A stretch of DNA of 22,314 nt from an uncultured delta proteobacterium (GTDB lineage: Bacteria; Desulfobacterota; Binatia; UBA9968), in contig CAWJBB010000013.1 of NCBI GenBank assembly GCA_963840855.1, positions 1 through 22,314 of the forward strand, in the 5' to 3' direction. Shown piece by piece: positions 8,389 to 15,857 of the stretch. The position numbers were made by a program, and so were the translations under genes. Positions within the stretch are counted from its first letter, which is position 1, and each line of letters begins with the position of its first letter. The notes beneath the pieces were generated by a model. That model was not told where the DNA came from and did no database searches. It saw only the letters and a list, made by a program, of their open reading frames with translations.

Positions 8389-8446
8389 GGCTAACGCCTA
8401 GCTCAGCCGTCACTGCTAGCGATCGGTCTGAAGCAATTGGTTAGGT
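8389..8446 (-). repeat. Integron attC site (58 bp)
   Basis: Minus strand: ACCTAAC CAATT GCTTCAGACCG atcgctagcagtga CGGCTGAGC TAGGC GTTAGCC. Perfect RYYYAAC, 5-bp spacer and two extrahelical bases. It begins 19 bp after the stop at 8466. Confidence 0.88.
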
Positions 8447-8465
8447 CGCGATTTGTTCTCGCGTC

Positions 8466-8822
8466 TTAATGCAACGGCAGATCCGGCAGATCAGTCTCTA
8501 TCTTAATACGCTCAATGAATTCACGCCCCTTCGGCGTGATTTCGAAATCTGTGATCGTTGGATGCTTGGCACTGCCAACTGAAAGGGGATTACTGTACTT
8601 GATTGTTACTAGTCCCAAATGGAGAAGACTCATCCCCAAACTGGGCAAGGTGCCCGTAATTCCATACTTGTTCGCCATGATCAAAACTTGGTAAGAGGCG
8701 TCGCCAATCAAACGACGAAAGAGATCTTTCTTGATTTGCCTGACCTTTCTCTCTCTAAGCCCGTCCTGTCGGTTTTTCGTTAAGTCATCAAAATCCGTTG
8801 GCGTTTGTAAAGGCGAGATCAT
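8466..8822 (-). CDS. Hypothetical cassette protein, probably 5'-truncated
   Basis: AT-richer ORF ending just before an attC. The C-terminal L..LGLV...FEITPKGREFIE pattern is winged-helix-like. No clear RBS or start. Confidence 0.45.
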   Translation of the reverse strand: MISPLQTPTDFDDLTKNRQDGLRERKVRQIKKDLFRRLIGDASYQVLIMANKYGITGTLPSLGMSLLHLGLVTIKYSNPLSVGSAKHPTITDFEITPKGREFIERIKIETDLPDLPLH

Positions 8823-8868
8823 GGACGACGGTTGGAGATCAACGAAAATTCTAAGTTTAGATTCCGCT

Positions 8869-9267
8869 CTATCCGACGGTGAAATAGTCGACCATGATCT
8901 GTGGAATTTTCTGATAGTGATCATCGGTCGTGACAACGCGCAAGCCATATTCCATGGCGCTAGCCGCAATCCAGATATCATTGGTTGGTATCGGGGTTCC
9001 GGCCTGCCACAGTGAATTGAGAATGACCGCGTATCTTTCTGCCGTTTCTTCAGTGACATCCACAAGCCCCACGCGCGGAGATGCAAGGAACCGGCGCAGC
9101 TCATCTTCATTCTTTTTTCGTCGATTTCCTTTTATGAACCCCGCTGTTAGCTCGCCGATAACGATGGAAGTGAGAAAAATCTCCTCGTTCGATCGGACGG
9201 CGATTCGGATGTCTTCATGGCCCTTCATGAATGCCGAATACGCTGACGTATCCAACAGCAAACGCAC
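8869..9267 (-). CDS. vapC: Type II TA system PIN-domain toxin (VapC family)
   Basis: LLLDTSAYS, IVIGEL, G.PIPTNDIWIAASA, VVTTD.HY. The GTG start overlaps the antitoxin stop (TAGTG). Confidence 0.92.
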   Translation of the reverse strand: MRLLLDTSAYSAFMKGHEDIRIAVRSNEEIFLTSIVIGELTAGFIKGNRRKKNEDELRRFLASPRVGLVDVTEETAERYAVILNSLWQAGTPIPTNDIWIAASAMEYGLRVVTTDDHYQKIPQIMVDYFTVG

Positions 9268-9530
9268 TATTTCCACAACTCCGGGTCGATGCTCCGTTGA
9301 GCCGCCAATGTATTATCAAATTCGGCGGCCTCCTTCTTCGTCCACGACCCTGCCAGAGCATCGAGATCGTCATGTTCGCGTGTCTTGTTTTTAGTTTTCT
9401 TGCGTCCTTCGACTTTCCGTTCTAGCAAGCTGATGACCGCTTTATTGATACTGATGCGCTTGCGTTCGGCCTCTTTACGCACGGTCTTTTCCAACTCAGA
9501 GGGCAAATTTCTCAAAGTTATCGCTTTCAT
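9267..9530 (-). CDS. Ribbon-helix-helix antitoxin (FitA/VapB-like)
   Basis: MKAITLRNLP.EL...VRKEA....ISIN..VI.LL at the N-terminus and acidic DLDALAGSWT..EA.EFD...IDPELWK at the C-terminus. Coupled to vapC. Confidence 0.88.
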   Translation of the reverse strand: MKAITLRNLPSELEKTVRKEAERKRISINKAVISLLERKVEGRKKTKNKTREHDDLDALAGSWTKKEAAEFDNTLAAQRSIDPELWK

Positions 9531-9541
9531 AACTTACTCCG

Positions 9542-9577
9542 ATTGTGCATCATGAGTGCGTCATAGTGAAGCACAAT
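9542..9577. promoter_or_regulatory. Inverted-repeat operator upstream of the TA operon
   Basis: ATTGTGCATCA-N14-TGAAGCACAAT (10/11 palindromic match) immediately upstream of the antitoxin RBS. Confidence 0.6.
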
Positions 9578-9769
9578 AGCACGGTGGCCAACCGATGCCA
9601 AGCCGCAGAGTTCGTCGTCCTACCCTCTCCGCGACGCCGAATTTTCGCGCCTCGGAACTTGCAAACAACCATACCCGCCTCTTTGATTCTTCCATCACCC
9701 CCTTGTCATCGAACTCGCACTTGGGCTATGACGGTCCTATGCAAAATCACCTCTATGGGAGAGAAAAGT

Positions 9770-9793
9770 ATGGAATACTTCGAACCCAAAAGC
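9770..9793 (+). pseudogene. Gene start (MEYFEPKS) cut by MITE copy 1, resembling the N-terminus of a CoxM/XDH FAD-binding subunit
   Basis: RBS GGAGAG and ATG, then only 8 codons before the element. The family call is tentative. Confidence 0.35.
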
Positions 9794-9798
9794 GATAA

Positions 9799-10034
9799 GG
9801 GTCAAGTCCGCTCTTAGCTTATTAGCCTATTCTTCATCTCTGCCTAGTTGTCGGAACGCAAGTCGATAAACACGCTTGTGACATTTATTGTCCAAGAAAA
9901 TATTCCCGCGGGAATGGCTGCGGTTCATTAAATGACAGTAACCCACGGGGTGTACGATGCGCAATGAATGAGCCATGAAAACCGCCTCGTCGTACTTGCA
10001 GGACATGTTAAAAGCTAAGAGCGGACTTGACGCC
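9799..10034 (-). mobile_element. MITE copy 1 derived from a RAYT/Y1 (HUH) transposase element
   Basis: TIRs GGGTCAAGTCCGCTCTTAGCTT ... AAGCTAAGAGCGGACTTGACGCC. The internal minus-strand remnant at 9827-9976, MAHSLRIVHPVGYCHLMNRSHSRGNIFLD, resembles MARPLRIEYPG.YYHVMNRGN.R..IF.D. Confidence 0.85.
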
Positions 10035-10185
10035 ATTCGTTCCGCGTGGTGTTGTTCTGAAGCGCATCGGTCCCCAGACTGGTGTTGCCCTGCGCCCAAG
10101 CAACCCCCGCCACAGTGAGCGAGAAAATGAGCGCAGCCATAAGGACGGAGAAAAACGAAGCGGTGTGGGTAGAATGGCTAAACAT
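10035..10185 (-). pseudogene. N-terminal fragment of a secreted repeat protein (NTAxGxxALxxNTTG type; tail-fibre or trimeric adhesin-like), cut by MITE 1
   Basis: RBS AGGAG, signal peptide ending AWA, then QGNTSLGTDALQNNTT before running into the TIR. Confidence 0.65.
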
Positions 10186-10475
10186 ATAAAACTCTCCTGT
10201 AGTTTGTAGTGAAGGCACTCGACGAGCAGAAGGGTCTTTTATTATTGACACGCCAAAGAGTCAACCGGCAGGATAAAGCGCAAGAGCAAAGCACGAAACG
10301 CGAAATTAGCAGGGGCGAGCGGTGGGGTCGTTCGCCTGAGAGGAGGGGTCACCCCACAATTTTGCCGCGGATCCAACTAAATAATTCGTCCTGGTTGCGG
10401 CCTTCGTAGCTTCGCAATAGAATTCCGCCGAAGGAATTTACGAACGAATTTTGGCATGAAAAGGAGGGACTCACT

Positions 10476-10916
10476 ATGGCAGTGACTGTGAAAAAAATCG
10501 TGTTGTGGCGAAAGGAAGTTGACAATAGGAGCGGAATTCTTGCCAGTGCTCTTGCCCCGCTTGCCAACGCCGGCACAGACATCCATGTGGTGATGGCCTA
10601 TCGTTTTCCGAGCCAGGAATCCAAGGCCGCAATTGAGCTTTACCCCGTTACAGGGAGGAAGTCCGTTACCGCGGCCGAGGAAGCGGGGTTCAGCGCGTCA
10701 GCAATCCCGGCTCTGCTGGTCGAGGGCGATAACCGGGCGGGCCTCGGCTATGCAACCGCTCAGGCCATTGCTGGTGCGGGGATCAACATGGATTTTCTCG
10801 TAGCCCAGGTGGTAGGGAGAAAATATTCAGCGGTTTTTGGATTTGAGTCCGACGCGGACGCCACAAAGTGCGCTGCGATAATCCGAAAGGCAGGGGCTAC
10901 CAAGAAAAGAGGCTGA
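10476..10916 (+). CDS. ACT-domain protein (tandem ACT-like repeats)
   Basis: Two similar halves, VDNRSGILA.AL..LA.AG.DI and VEGDNRAGLG......IA.AGINM. RBS AAGGAGG. Confidence 0.8.
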   Translation: MAVTVKKIVLWRKEVDNRSGILASALAPLANAGTDIHVVMAYRFPSQESKAAIELYPVTGRKSVTAAEEAGFSASAIPALLVEGDNRAGLGYATAQAIAGAGINMDFLVAQVVGRKYSAVFGFESDADATKCAAIIRKAGATKKRG

Positions 10917-10921
10917 TCGGG

Positions 10922-11005
10922 TTATGCCTTGCCAACAACAATGTCGCCATAAGTACTCTGGACAATCGCTTTCAACTCCGCCTGTTCGGCGGCGGGAACT
11001 TGGAA
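10922..11005 (-). pseudogene. C-terminal fragment of a group I truncated hemoglobin, cut by MITE 2
   Basis: FQVPAAEQAELKAIVQSTYGDIVVGKA* matches the trHbN-type C-terminus F.VP..EQ.EL.AIV.ST..DIV. Not in the ORF track. Confidence 0.65.
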
Positions 11006-11015
11006 ATCGCGATAA

Positions 11016-11250
11016 GGGGTCAAGTCCGCTCTTAGCTTATTAGCCTATTCTTCATCTCTGCCTAGTTGTCGGAACGTAAGTCGATAAACACGCTTGTGAC
11101 ATTTATTGTCCAAGAAAATATTCCCGCGGGAATGGCTGCGGTTCATTAAATGACAGTAACCCACGGGGTGTACGATGCGCAATGAATGAGCGATGAAAAC
11201 CGCCTCGTCGCACTTGCAAGACATGTTAAGAGCTAAGAGCGGGTGACCCC
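11016..11250 (-). mobile_element. MITE copy 2 (direct repeat of 9799-10034)
   Basis: GGGGTCAAGTCCGCTCTTAGCTT ... AGCTAAGAGCGGGTGACCCC. About 5 substitutions in the body relative to copy 1, including ATG to ATC at the remnant start. Confidence 0.85.
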
Positions 11251-11258
11251 TTTAATTG

Positions 11259-11507
11259 CTCATCGGTTAAATAGGGCAACAGGTTGTAGCCGTCGATATG
11301 ATTCTTGTACGTCCGTCCGATCGCCTGATAACCCTTCTTGGCCTTTGCAACGATGTCGGGTTCACCGGCGATCGCCATGAAGGTCGGGAACCAGTCATGA
11401 TGCTGAACGATCTCCCTTGAGATCTGACCGGGCTTGATTTTGCCGGGCCATCGCACGAGCAGTGGAATGCGGAAAGCACCTTCCCAGTTAGTGTTCTTCT
11501 CACTGCG
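11259..11507 (-). pseudogene. Internal fragment of an arylsulfatase
   Basis: RSEKNTNWEGAFRIPLLVRWPGKI.PG...HHDWFPTF...HIDGYNLLPYLT. Both termini are missing, and the 3' side ends at MITE 2. Confidence 0.88.
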
Positions 11508-11857
11508 ACTTCGAGGTCGGAGATGGCGACAGCGATTTTCTCGCCCTCCCTCTTCCCCACCAAATTTACACACTGAGTGATACATACACCAGCACGAGTG
11601 AGATTGACAACGTGCAATTCAATCGTGCATATTGGAAAAGCTTAATCTCGGATCTACGTCAGGACGCGCTAGTTCAGGCGATTCTAAAAAGCGCTTGGAG
11701 AAGCGACGTCTGTCAAAGACTAGGCCGATGGCTGCCGGAAATATGCTGTTGCCCGCATGCGCTCGCTTTTAAACGAGGGGTAAGGGCTTTAGCGGTACTT
11801 ACCGACCGAGTTGCAGACAGCTAAGCAAACGGCGAACGACCAAGAAAGGAACTGAAT

Positions 11858-12811
11858 ATGGAGAGACGGTTCTTAGATTTTTTGGAGCTGGCGCCGCGCA
11901 GCCCAAAGCCGCGGACTCAAGGTATAACCATCTTTGCCGAGTACGGGACAATTACCTGGACAAAGGAGATGCTGGAGACCTGGGGAGAGTATGTAGATGT
12001 TGTCAAATATACTCCAACTCATCTGCACGCGCCCTGGCGCGCTATCGAACAGAAAGTAAAATTGTATCGGGATCACCAGGTCGGCGTGGCAGCGGACGAT
12101 CCGATGTTCGCGATCGCTTACTATCAGGATAAGGCCGAACAGTTCCTGCGCACAATCCGCGATATTGGCTTTACGCACGCGCAAATCGACACCCAGCACA
12201 TCAATCTAGGTGAGAGGGCAGACCTGGAAAAACTTAATCAGGATTGGCAAAAGTACATGAATTTAGCGCTCGAGTTGGGGCTCAAGGTCGATGGCGAGGT
12301 TGGCCAAAAGACACCCGATGGCGATCTGGCCCGCTCCGGCAAAGGACGGCTAAACGTTGAAGCGGTCGTGGGAGAGATGAAGCGGCTCCTCAAGGCTGGT
12401 TGCGAGCATGTATATCTGGAAAGCCGCGTTATCCGGGAGGTTATCGGCAACTGGGGAGAAATTGAATCCGGAGCGGAGCAGATTCGACAGATCGTAGACG
12501 GAGTAGGAGAAAGCAACATCATCATCGAAATCAGCGGTCAGCTGCCGTTCGATACCCGGATGTGCCACCGTTTTTGGGCAGTGCGAAACTTCGGCCCGGA
12601 AGTCAATATGTCCGGTGGGGGATCGATCGAAGACGCACGTTACGTCGAAGCGATCCGTCGCGGCAACACTTTTGTCAACGGGCCGAGTCGCTCATCAAGC
12701 AAGCTATGGATAAAGTCCTTGGCTAAAAACGGCGGCAAAGCTGCTGCGCAGTGGTGGAAAGAGGAATATCCGATCGATCCTGGCGTCGTTGTCGGCAGAA
12801 CATTGAGCTAA
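11858..12811 (+). CDS. Divergent phosphosulfolactate synthase (ComA) family protein
   Basis: R..KPR..G.T, GEYVDVVK, GLKV..EVGQK, V.LESR, FGPEVN and VEAIRRG motifs. RBS GAAAGGA. Confidence 0.8.
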   Translation: MERRFLDFLELAPRSPKPRTQGITIFAEYGTITWTKEMLETWGEYVDVVKYTPTHLHAPWRAIEQKVKLYRDHQVGVAADDPMFAIAYYQDKAEQFLRTIRDIGFTHAQIDTQHINLGERADLEKLNQDWQKYMNLALELGLKVDGEVGQKTPDGDLARSGKGRLNVEAVVGEMKRLLKAGCEHVYLESRVIREVIGNWGEIESGAEQIRQIVDGVGESNIIIEISGQLPFDTRMCHRFWAVRNFGPEVNMSGGGSIEDARYVEAIRRGNTFVNGPSRSSSKLWIKSLAKNGGKAAAQWWKEEYPIDPGVVVGRTLS

Positions 12812-12824
12812 GGTGGGGTAAGTC

Positions 12825-13700
12825 GTGTTGCTAGTCTTGCGCGCTCAAGCGTTTAGCTTTCTTCCTTTTTATATAGCTGAAGAGAAAGGGTTCTTTAGCG
12901 CACAAGAGGTGCGCATTCGGTATGTTCATTCGCATGACGAGAAAAAGAGAATGGTCCAACTCGTGTTGGAACGTGAGGTAGCATTCTACGCGACGATAAG
13001 CATCGCGGTAGAGGCAGCCATACGTGGCTGGGGCGGCCTGAAGGCGCTATGTGCGACGAGCGTATCAAGGTATCCCTGCGCGGCGCGGAGCGAAATTCAA
13101 TCACTAGCAGATCTGAAGGGGAAGAAAGTGATGGTCGGCGGCGGCAGGTCAATGAGCGAGGTTCGATGGTTATGCCATCGATACGGCTGGGAGCTTGGCA
13201 AAGACCTTCACGTCGTGACCGGTGACTTGTCCGCGCGGGCGAAGGTCTTTTCCGATCCGAGCTTTTCGGCAGTGTTTGGGCGGCCGCAATACCTGTTCTG
13301 GCTCAAGAAGGGAGGCTTCCATTTGTTGCCTTACCCAGATGCGGACCGCGCCTGGCCCGAAGGGGGTATTACGACCAGCGTTGATTTGATCGAGAATAAT
13401 CCCGAGGCAGTACAGAAAGTTGTGAATGCAGTGGTCCAGGCGACCGAGTACGTGAAACACAATAGAGATGCGGCAATCGAGCTCGCCATGAAGAACGTTC
13501 CTGACCTGAACCGGGACGCTGCCGAAGGGAACTACGATGTTCTCCGAGACTGGTATTCTTCAGAGGTTAGCGAGTCAGCTATCGCGCATCTGACCGAGGT
13601 ACACAACATTGCGACAAAAAACTCCCGCGCCGTAAAATTGGCCGAGGTAGCCGATCTGTCATTCCTAAGAAGGGCTATGCTTTCAACGGCCAGAAAGTAA
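12825..13700 (+). CDS. NMT1/SsuA/TauA-like substrate-binding-fold protein without signal peptide
   Basis: FLPFYIAEEKGFF, IQSLADLKGKKV, NPEAVQKVV.A...AT.Y and ADLSFL. An in-frame TAA two codons upstream of the GTG rules out an N-terminal extension. Confidence 0.82.
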   Translation: MLLVLRAQAFSFLPFYIAEEKGFFSAQEVRIRYVHSHDEKKRMVQLVLEREVAFYATISIAVEAAIRGWGGLKALCATSVSRYPCAARSEIQSLADLKGKKVMVGGGRSMSEVRWLCHRYGWELGKDLHVVTGDLSARAKVFSDPSFSAVFGRPQYLFWLKKGGFHLLPYPDADRAWPEGGITTSVDLIENNPEAVQKVVNAVVQATEYVKHNRDAAIELAMKNVPDLNRDAAEGNYDVLRDWYSSEVSESAIAHLTEVHNIATKNSRAVKLAEVADLSFLRRAMLSTARK

Positions 13701-13836
13701 TGAACTATGTTCGTTTGACAACAAGAGTATGGGTGCTAGAGGGTTCGCTCGGCGGCGCGGATGCCCGCCTCAGCGGCGCGAAAGGAAGCAAAAGATGCGC
13801 ACCATAAGAGAAGGTTGAAAGCGCGGCTCTACTGAT

Positions 13837-13950
13837 CTAGCCCGGTTTATTCGTAAGATTGCGCCCGAGGAGCAAGCCTCTTCGGTCGCGGCCAAGATAG
13901 TCTAGGGGCCGGAGTCCCGGGTTTCGGATTTATCTTAACGCAAACTCTAG
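13837..13950 (+). mobile_element. CTAG-bounded MITE / IS remnant A
   Basis: Left end TAGCCCGGTTTATTCGTAAGATTGCGCCCGAGG (13838-13870) is identical to 16921-16953. The right end ATCTTAACGCAAACTCTAG is an imperfect inverted copy. Confidence 0.6.
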
Positions 13951-14099
13951 ACGCGAGACACGAGATTCATTGCTTTTATACTGTGGTGCGGTTTTCCAAA
14001 GACATGAATAATGCGGACTAGACACCTGAACTGGAGCAGCTCTATTCGTCGAGAGGCGCGTTCGGACGCAGTATCGCCTTACTCGAAGGTGAGTCGTGC

Positions 14100-15851
14100 A
14101 TGAATAAAACGATAGCGAACTCAGCCGACCCTTCATTGCCGCACAGCATCCGCAAAAAGCAGGAAGGCAATGCGATAGGTTTCAGCCGAAGGAGCTTTCT
14201 GCACCAGACGTTAACGGGAACGTTGGCGGCGACAGCCTTACCCATACTGGGGTTTGCTGCGGTTCAAAGGGCTCGATCTACACTCGTGGTTATCGGCGAT
14301 TCAAGCGAGAAGGGTTTCTTCATTGGTCGCGCCGATGCCGAACCCACGAACATGGTCCATACAGGACTGGCACGAAAAAATTCCAGCATTGGCAAGATGG
14401 TTCCCGAATTGGCAGCGGAGCTACCTTCGGTTAGCAGAGGCACGCTGAAAAGAAACTCCGACGGAAGCTTCACGACGATTTACAAGCTAAGATCGGGCTT
14501 GACGTGGCACGACGGAAAAGCGCTGACGGCGCGAGACTTTGTCCTGGGCTGGAAAGTTATGAACGATCCTAAGATTCCGTGGCGTGGCAGCGCCGGTACC
14601 AGGCTTGCTGTGAATATGGCCGCGCCGGATGATCTGACGCTTTCGATCCTTTGGAAGAAGCTGCACTGGAGTTCTGCGGCGCTCGGCGTAGTCGACCTAT
14701 GTCCGTTGCCGAGTCATCTGCTCGAACAAAGCTATGTCGCAGGTAATTATGACGCATTTGTCAATCAGGCATACTGGAACCGTCGCTTCGTAGGAGCAGG
14801 GCCGTACAAGCTGGTCGAATGGGGGCATGACGATCAATTAACACTCGAGGCGTTCCCGAATTACGTGCACGGTAAACCAAAAGTAGACCGGATCGTATAC
14901 CGGCACATCCCCGACCAGAACTCTGCGTTAGCGAGCGTTCTCTCGAATCAAATCGATGTTTCGTTGAATTCGGCGCTTGGGTTTCAACAAGCAGCGGTCG
15001 CTCAGACAGAATGGGAATCCAAACGGCAGGGGAAAGTCCACTTTTCACCCAACAGCTGGGTTGGCGTGGTGCCCGATCCTTCAAATCCGTGGTTTCGCGA
15101 CGTCCGAATACGGCAAGCTCTTCTTCATGCGATCGATAGGGACAAAATAATGCAGACACTCTTTAGCGGCAAGGTTCAGCCGGCGCATTTTATGATGTCT
15201 CCAAAAGACGCGGCATTCAAGGAAGCTGAAGTTCGGGCGGTAAAATATGAATTCAACCCGAACAAAGCAAGGAAGCTCTTCTCCGAGGCCGGCTGGGAAT
15301 CAGGACCTGACGGTATTTTAAGGAATCCAAAAGGCGAGCGCTTCGTCGTTGATGGCATAACCGACGCCGGCAATAGAGAACTCGAGCAAGTTCAGGTCGT
15401 CACTGTGTCATACTGGAAGGCCATAGGCATTGACGTGCAGATAAAGAACCTTCCGCGCAGAGTCCTGGGGGATGTGAAGTACCGTGCCAACCCCGGAACC
15501 CTTAGATGGCGGGAAAGAAACAACAGTGACGAGTATTATTATACCCAACTGAACAGCTCCAATATACCCAAAGAAGAAGATAAGTATGCCGGCCAAAATT
15601 TCGGTGGATGGAACAACGCGAGAGCGGACCAGATCACTGAGCGGCTTGAGGAGACGTTGCTGGAGCCCGGAGCCAACGCTCTCAAAGCCGAGCTGATGCA
15701 GCTGTTCACCCAGGATTTGCCGTGGCTGCCGCTTTATTATCTAACCGAGCATGTGACTGTCCGCGCCAACGTGCATGGCGTCGAGCCACGCCAGGCCGCT
15801 GGAGTTCGAAATGCTACTGTATGGAATATCCACATGTGGGAGAAAGGATAA
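14100..15851 (+). CDS. Peptide/nickel ABC transporter substrate-binding protein (family 5), Tat-exported
   Basis: Twin-arginine SRRSFL signal, P.LA..LPS, WHDGK.LTA.DF, GAGPYKL.EW, RIRQAL.HAIDR and DLPWLPLYY. Confidence 0.93.
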   Translation: MNKTIANSADPSLPHSIRKKQEGNAIGFSRRSFLHQTLTGTLAATALPILGFAAVQRARSTLVVIGDSSEKGFFIGRADAEPTNMVHTGLARKNSSIGKMVPELAAELPSVSRGTLKRNSDGSFTTIYKLRSGLTWHDGKALTARDFVLGWKVMNDPKIPWRGSAGTRLAVNMAAPDDLTLSILWKKLHWSSAALGVVDLCPLPSHLLEQSYVAGNYDAFVNQAYWNRRFVGAGPYKLVEWGHDDQLTLEAFPNYVHGKPKVDRIVYRHIPDQNSALASVLSNQIDVSLNSALGFQQAAVAQTEWESKRQGKVHFSPNSWVGVVPDPSNPWFRDVRIRQALLHAIDRDKIMQTLFSGKVQPAHFMMSPKDAAFKEAEVRAVKYEFNPNKARKLFSEAGWESGPDGILRNPKGERFVVDGITDAGNRELEQVQVVTVSYWKAIGIDVQIKNLPRRVLGDVKYRANPGTLRWRERNNSDEYYYTQLNSSNIPKEEDKYAGQNFGGWNNARADQITERLEETLLEPGANALKAELMQLFTQDLPWLPLYYLTEHVTVRANVHGVEPRQAAGVRNATVWNIHMWEKG

Positions 15852-15857
15852 ATCTTT

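Noticed and set aside
8823-9110. N-terminal extension of ORF 8466-9110
   Set aside because: Overlaps vapC in another frame and looks non-coding.
10310-10355. GC-rich hairpin, possible REP or riboswitch between the divergent genes
   Set aside because: Single imperfect stem with no second copy and no recognisable riboswitch motif.
13715-13835. TTGACA box followed by a structured-looking leader (possible ncRNA)
   Set aside because: Weak -10 element and no recognisable RNA family features.
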